Of a DNA stretch of 64,000 bases, positions 59,973 to 64,000 are shown piece after piece. Made by a program: the position numbers and the translations under genes. The stretch spans positions 34 through 64,033 of the forward strand of contig NVTU01000005.1 of assembly GCA_002401685.1 (NCBI GenBank). The letters are read 5' to 3'. Under the pieces are notes generated by a model that was not told the DNA's origin, made no database searches, and saw nothing but the letters and a program-made list of their open reading frames with translations. The stretch is from Kordiimonadales bacterium. GTDB taxonomy: Bacteria > Pseudomonadota > Alphaproteobacteria > Sphingomonadales > Kordiimonadaceae. Numbering within the stretch: position 1 is the first letter of the stretch; each line of letters starts with the position of its first letter.

Positions 59973-61205
59973 ATGTCCAAGCAGGTAAAAAAAGTCGTCC
60001 TTGCCTATTCAGGCGGACTGGACACCAGCGTTATTTTGAAATGGCTCGAAGTAGAATATGGTTGTGAAGTTGTTACCTTTACCGCTGATCTCGGCCAAGG
60101 CGAAGAGCTGGAACCTGCTCGACGAAAAGCGGAACTTTTAGGCATTAAAGATATCTTCATTGAAGACCTGAAAGAAGAATTTGTCCGTGATTATGTATTC
60201 CCGATGTTCCGGGCAAATACGGTTTATGAAGGCATGTATTTGCTGGGTACTGCTATCGCGCGGCCGCTTATCGCAAAACGTCAGATCGAAATTGCTAAAG
60301 AAGTCGGCGCTGATGCGGTTTGCCACGGTGCTACCGGTAAAGGCAATGACCAAGTGCGCTTTGAGCTTGGTTATTACGGCCTTAACCCGAATATCAAGGT
60401 TATAGCCCCGTGGCGCGAATGGGAACTGAACAGCCGTACCAAGCTGATTGAGTTTGCGGAGAAGCACCAGATCCCGATCCCTACAGACAAGCGCGGCGAA
60501 GCGCCGTTTAGTGTTGATGCCAATCTGCTGCACACCTCAAGCGAGGGCAAGGCACTGGAAGACCCGTGGACAATGGCTGAAGAGTATGTTTACAGCCGCA
60601 CGGATAACCCGGTAACAGCTCCTGCTGAGCCAGAATATATCGATGTTGAGTTTGAAAAGGGCGATCCTGTTGCCATCAACGGTGTGGCGCTTTCCCCCGC
60701 GGCCCTACTGACAAAACTGAACGAGCACGGTAAAACCCACGGCATCGGCAGGCTGGACCTGCTTGAAAACCGATTTGTGGGTATGAAATCACGCGGCATT
60801 TACGAAACACCTGGCGGCACGATCATGCTAGCGGCGCACCGCGGCATTGAGCAGATCACGCTGGATAGCGGCGCGATGCATCTGAAAGACAGCATCATGC
60901 CCAAGTATGCTGAGCTGATCTATAACGGCTTTTGGTTCTCGCCAGAGCGCGAGATGCTGCAGGCGCTGATCAATACCAGCCAGGAATTTGTGGCAGGCAC
61001 GGTGCGGCTGATGCTGTTCAAGGGCAGCGTGCAAATTGTCGGCCGCAAGAGCCAATACGGCCTCTATTCGATGGAGCATGTGACCTTTGAAGAAGACAGT
61101 GTGTACGATCAACGCGACGCTGCCGGCTTCATCAAACTTAATGCTCTGCGCTTACAGCTTTTGAACCAGCGCGGCAAAATTACTGAGCCCCCTAGTTACG
61201 ACTAG
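59973..61205 (+). CDS. argG: Argininosuccinate synthase
   Basis: [41 protein letters not shown]. Confidence 0.98.
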   Translation: MSKQVKKVVLAYSGGLDTSVILKWLEVEYGCEVVTFTADLGQGEELEPARRKAELLGIKDIFIEDLKEEFVRDYVFPMFRANTVYEGMYLLGTAIARPLIAKRQIEIAKEVGADAVCHGATGKGNDQVRFELGYYGLNPNIKVIAPWREWELNSRTKLIEFAEKHQIPIPTDKRGEAPFSVDANLLHTSSEGKALEDPWTMAEEYVYSRTDNPVTAPAEPEYIDVEFEKGDPVAINGVALSPAALLTKLNEHGKTHGIGRLDLLENRFVGMKSRGIYETPGGTIMLAAHRGIEQITLDSGAMHLKDSIMPKYAELIYNGFWFSPEREMLQALINTSQEFVAGTVRLMLFKGSVQIVGRKSQYGLYSMEHVTFEEDSVYDQRDAAGFIKLNALRLQLLNQRGKITEPPSYD

Positions 61206-61238
61206 GGGCTTTATTTGGGCGGCACAATAAGGACTTGA

Positions 61239-62186
61239 ATGGCGGAAATTTTCACCATCATTGCCCCGGTGTTTCTAATCATGGCATTGGGGTTTTTCCT
61301 CGGCAAAACGAAGCTTTTCCCGGAAGGCTCGTCCGCCATCCTTATAAGCTTTGTCTGGTATGTCGCTATCCCAGCCCTGATGTTCAGGTCGCTAGCGCCG
61401 AAAGATCTGCCGTCTGTTGACGAACTGGTTTTTGTCGGCACCTATTATGGCTGCCTCTATATTATTTACACTGCAGGTATGCTGCTGACACGGCGGTTTT
61501 TTGGGTTCTCGTCCGCGGAACAAGGTGTGTTCTCTCTAACGACCTGTTTTGTAAATGGCGGTTTCATTGGTATTCCAATTATGGATGGCGCTTTCGGTGC
61601 CGAAGGCGTACGGCTGCTGCTGGTGATCCTTAGTTTCCATACGCTTACGCTAATTCCCATAACTACTTTTATCATTGAAAAAGCCCAGAAAACAGGGGGT
61701 GAAGGCCCCGGCTTGTTGAGAGTTACATTCAATAGTGTCCGGCAAAATCCGATTTTGATTGCCCTGATTGCGGGGCTCGCTTGGTCGGCGCTTTCGCTGC
61801 CGTTCCCTAACTGGCTAGATAAAGTACTTGAGTTACCAGCGAATGCGGCTGCCCCTGTTGGGCTGTTCGCGGCAGGTCTTGCGCTTTCAAACGTGCGCAT
61901 CGCCGGTAACCTCCATCATTCGATGTTGTCGGTGGCGCTGAAACTACTGGTGTTGCCGCTCCTGGTTTTCTCGGTCTCGCATTTCTTGTTTGAGCTTAAG
62001 CCCATATGGGTCGGCGTTGCCACGTTAACCGCTGCATTGCCGTCTGGCATGGTGCCCTATACCATTGCATTGCGGTACGGTGTGGGCGCGCGCCGGGCTG
62101 CAACGGCTGTATTGTTGTCCACCGGCATATCGGCGCTTACCCTTTCAGGGGTACTATATTTCTTACAAAACGGAGCACCTTCATGA
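61239..62186 (+). CDS. AEC (auxin efflux carrier) family transporter
   Basis: PVFLIMALG, PALMF, NGGFIGIP, NPIL, KLLVLP; 10 TM helices. Confidence 0.9.
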   Translation: MAEIFTIIAPVFLIMALGFFLGKTKLFPEGSSAILISFVWYVAIPALMFRSLAPKDLPSVDELVFVGTYYGCLYIIYTAGMLLTRRFFGFSSAEQGVFSLTTCFVNGGFIGIPIMDGAFGAEGVRLLLVILSFHTLTLIPITTFIIEKAQKTGGEGPGLLRVTFNSVRQNPILIALIAGLAWSALSLPFPNWLDKVLELPANAAAPVGLFAAGLALSNVRIAGNLHHSMLSVALKLLVLPLLVFSVSHFLFELKPIWVGVATLTAALPSGMVPYTIALRYGVGARRAATAVLLSTGISALTLSGVLYFLQNGAPS

Positions 62187-62653
62187 GCCAACAAAATACC
62201 GTTTGGAAAATCTACCTGTCGGGCGAGATCCACAGCAATTGGCGCGGTGAGATCGAAGCGGGTATCGAAGAAGCTGGTCTATCAGTTGAGCTGTTCGCAC
62301 CCATCACGGTGCATGAAGACAGTGATGACTGCGCAGCGGTTATTCTGGGCGAGCCCGAGAGCCCGTTTTGGCGGGACCATATGGCTGCCAAGGTAAATGC
62401 CATGCGCACCCGCAAACTGATTTCCGATGCTGACATCGTGGTTGTGCGCTTCGGCGATAAATACCGACAGTGGAATGCGGCCTTTGATGCGGGCTATGCT
62501 GCAGCGCTCGGCAAAAGCGTAATCGTGCAGCACGCGCCAGGGCTAACGCACGCGTTGAAAGAAGTTGACGGTGCAGCGATGGCCGTAGCCGAAACTCCAG
62601 CGCAAGTGGTGCAACTGATCCAGTATGTGATCTCGGGCAAGCTTAACCGTTAA
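62183..62653 (+). CDS. YtoQ family protein (nucleoside 2-deoxyribosyltransferase-like)
   Basis: YLSGEIHSNWR, RFGDKYRQWNAAFDAG, HALKEVD; ATGA overlap with the AEC gene. Confidence 0.9.
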   Translation: MSQQNTVWKIYLSGEIHSNWRGEIEAGIEEAGLSVELFAPITVHEDSDDCAAVILGEPESPFWRDHMAAKVNAMRTRKLISDADIVVVRFGDKYRQWNAAFDAGYAAALGKSVIVQHAPGLTHALKEVDGAAMAVAETPAQVVQLIQYVISGKLNR

Positions 62654-62900
62654 AATAGCACTGTATCCATGGTTAACAGCAGCTTTCGCTCTAGGCCCCC
62701 TGTTTTGAGGCCTTGGCCAGGTGTGCTATACTGTTGGCGGGTGACCGGACTAAAAATAGTATGAAGTACAGATGCAACGCTCAGAACAGGCACATAGCTT
62801 AGAATAAGCCTATGTTGCTGGTAAGAGCCCGTCGTGTGCCGGAACGGTGTAAGACGTCAAAATGACGCCGGAAATGTCTGCAAGTTAAGGAGAAGTCAGT

Positions 62901-63728
62901 ATGGCTTTTTCTGTGAACACTAATGCAGGTGCGTTTATCGCCCTGCAGAACCTTAATAAAATTAATTCTGCAATTGAAGTGACGCAAAAGCGCATCAGCA
63001 CAGGGTTGAAGGTTTCTTCAGCGAAAGATGATGGTGCCACATTTGCGATTGCGCAGGATTTGCGCGGCGATATCGCTGGATTAAATGCTGCTACTAACTC
63101 GATTGACCGGGCAAGCTCGGAACTTGATGTTGCCCTTGCGGCGGGCGAAGCCGTGTCTGATCTTTTGATTGAACTGAAAGAAAAAGCCGTGGCAGCCAAG
63201 GATACTGGCCTTGATACTGCCAGTCGCGATGCGTTGAATGATGACTTTAAGGAACTGAGGGATCAGATTACCTCAATCGTTGAAAACGCTGACTTTAACG
63301 GTGTGAATGCCGTTAAGTCTGGCGGCAGTGCGATTACTGCGATCACAAACGATGATGGCAGCAATACCATTACCGTCGCCGCGCAGGACTTATCGTTGAG
63401 CGGTGCTAACGTAACCCTAACCACACTGCAGTCTATCGGGACGGCGACGCTTGCTTCTGCAGCCGTGACTTCGGTATCAGTATCAGCAGCCAACGTGACG
63501 GCTTCGCTGGCAAAATTTGGCGCAGGGTCTGAAAGGCTTTCGATCCAAAAAACGTTTGTCGGCAAACTGTCGGATACAATTCAAGTTGGCATAGGCAATC
63601 TGGTTGACGCTAATCTTGCAGAAGAAGCGGCAAACCTGACAGCGCAGCAAGTGCAACAGCAGCTGGGGCTTGAAGCCCTCTCGATTGCTAATGCGACACC
63701 AGGCAGAGTGCTGTCGTTATTCAGCTAG
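62901..63728 (+). CDS. Short alphaproteobacterial flagellin
   Basis: SVNTNAGAFIALQNL, RISTGLKVSSAKDDGA, GNLVDANLAEE, QQLG..ALSIAN. Confidence 0.96.
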   Translation: MAFSVNTNAGAFIALQNLNKINSAIEVTQKRISTGLKVSSAKDDGATFAIAQDLRGDIAGLNAATNSIDRASSELDVALAAGEAVSDLLIELKEKAVAAKDTGLDTASRDALNDDFKELRDQITSIVENADFNGVNAVKSGGSAITAITNDDGSNTITVAAQDLSLSGANVTLTTLQSIGTATLASAAVTSVSVSAANVTASLAKFGAGSERLSIQKTFVGKLSDTIQVGIGNLVDANLAEEAANLTAQQVQQQLGLEALSIANATPGRVLSLFS

Positions 63729-63764
63729 ACTTCGCTGGCAAGATACTGGCCCGCGTAGGTTTTT

Positions 63765-64000
63765 CTATTTAGTTCTCAGGAACTTTATGGGCTGCCCGAC
63801 CACGTCGATGCGCACTGTTTTGCGCGGCAGGCTTTTGGTCACATAGACGATGTTTTCCGGCGTTGCACCCTTGATCGCTACTTTGAACGTATCGAACGTG
63901 CCTGCGGGTGTCTCTACTAGCTCAGACCCTAAGGTAACAAGGCGAATATCTTCCTGCACGCCGCCCATAACATTGTACCAGGGAAGGGATACTTCATATC
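63765..64000 (-). CDS. Partial CDS (5' end off window) with a VETPAGTFD beta-rich C-terminal domain
   Basis: Frame stays open to the window end; E.V.TPAGTF motif seen in DUF3108-like domains. Confidence 0.6.
   Translation of the reverse strand, partial: YEVSLPWYNVMGGVQEDIRLVTLGSELVETPAGTFDTFKVAIKGATPENIVYVTKSLPRKTVRIDVVGQPIKFLRTK

Noticed and set aside
62788-62802. Sigma-54 promoter for flagellin (AGGCAC-N5-TTAG)
   Set aside because: The -12 element lacks the conserved GC.
1-64000. CRISPR array, integrase/transposase, prophage or known defence genes
   Set aside because: No regularly spaced repeats and no recognisable recombinase, phage or defence motifs found by inspection.

Overview
A 64 kb chromosomal segment of an alphaproteobacterium, judged from gene content and order (cobS-cobT-rpmB, SUV3-like helicase-hslR-fdxA-carD-rpoH2, trmH-ialB-rlmN-argG, short flagellin). 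A marine Kordiimonas/sphingomonad-like host is my guess, not verified. The core backbone (acnA, bolA, cobST, rpmB, carD, rpoH2, tRNA-Arg(CCT), cspA, cls, a contiguous ccmABCDEFGHI operon, yciB, rlmN, argG) is interrupted by many 1-5 kb accessory cassettes. I found no integrase, transposase or CRISPR array. Three cassettes are bracketed by decayed direct copies of the neighbouring core element: the acnA 5' end around acnB, the rpmB terminator around a GntR + HExxH-protein pair, and tRNA-Arg around a sulfotransferase relic. The best candidates for undescribed systems are (1) a translationally coupled three-gene operon of orphan, Cys-paired envelope proteins just after the tRNA relic, (2) a His-rich beta-propeller / membrane protein / cytochrome c module that looks copper-related, and (3) a TipA-like MerR gene whose leader carries an 86-nt GC-rich hairpin. 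All product calls come from motif recognition by eye; no searches were run.
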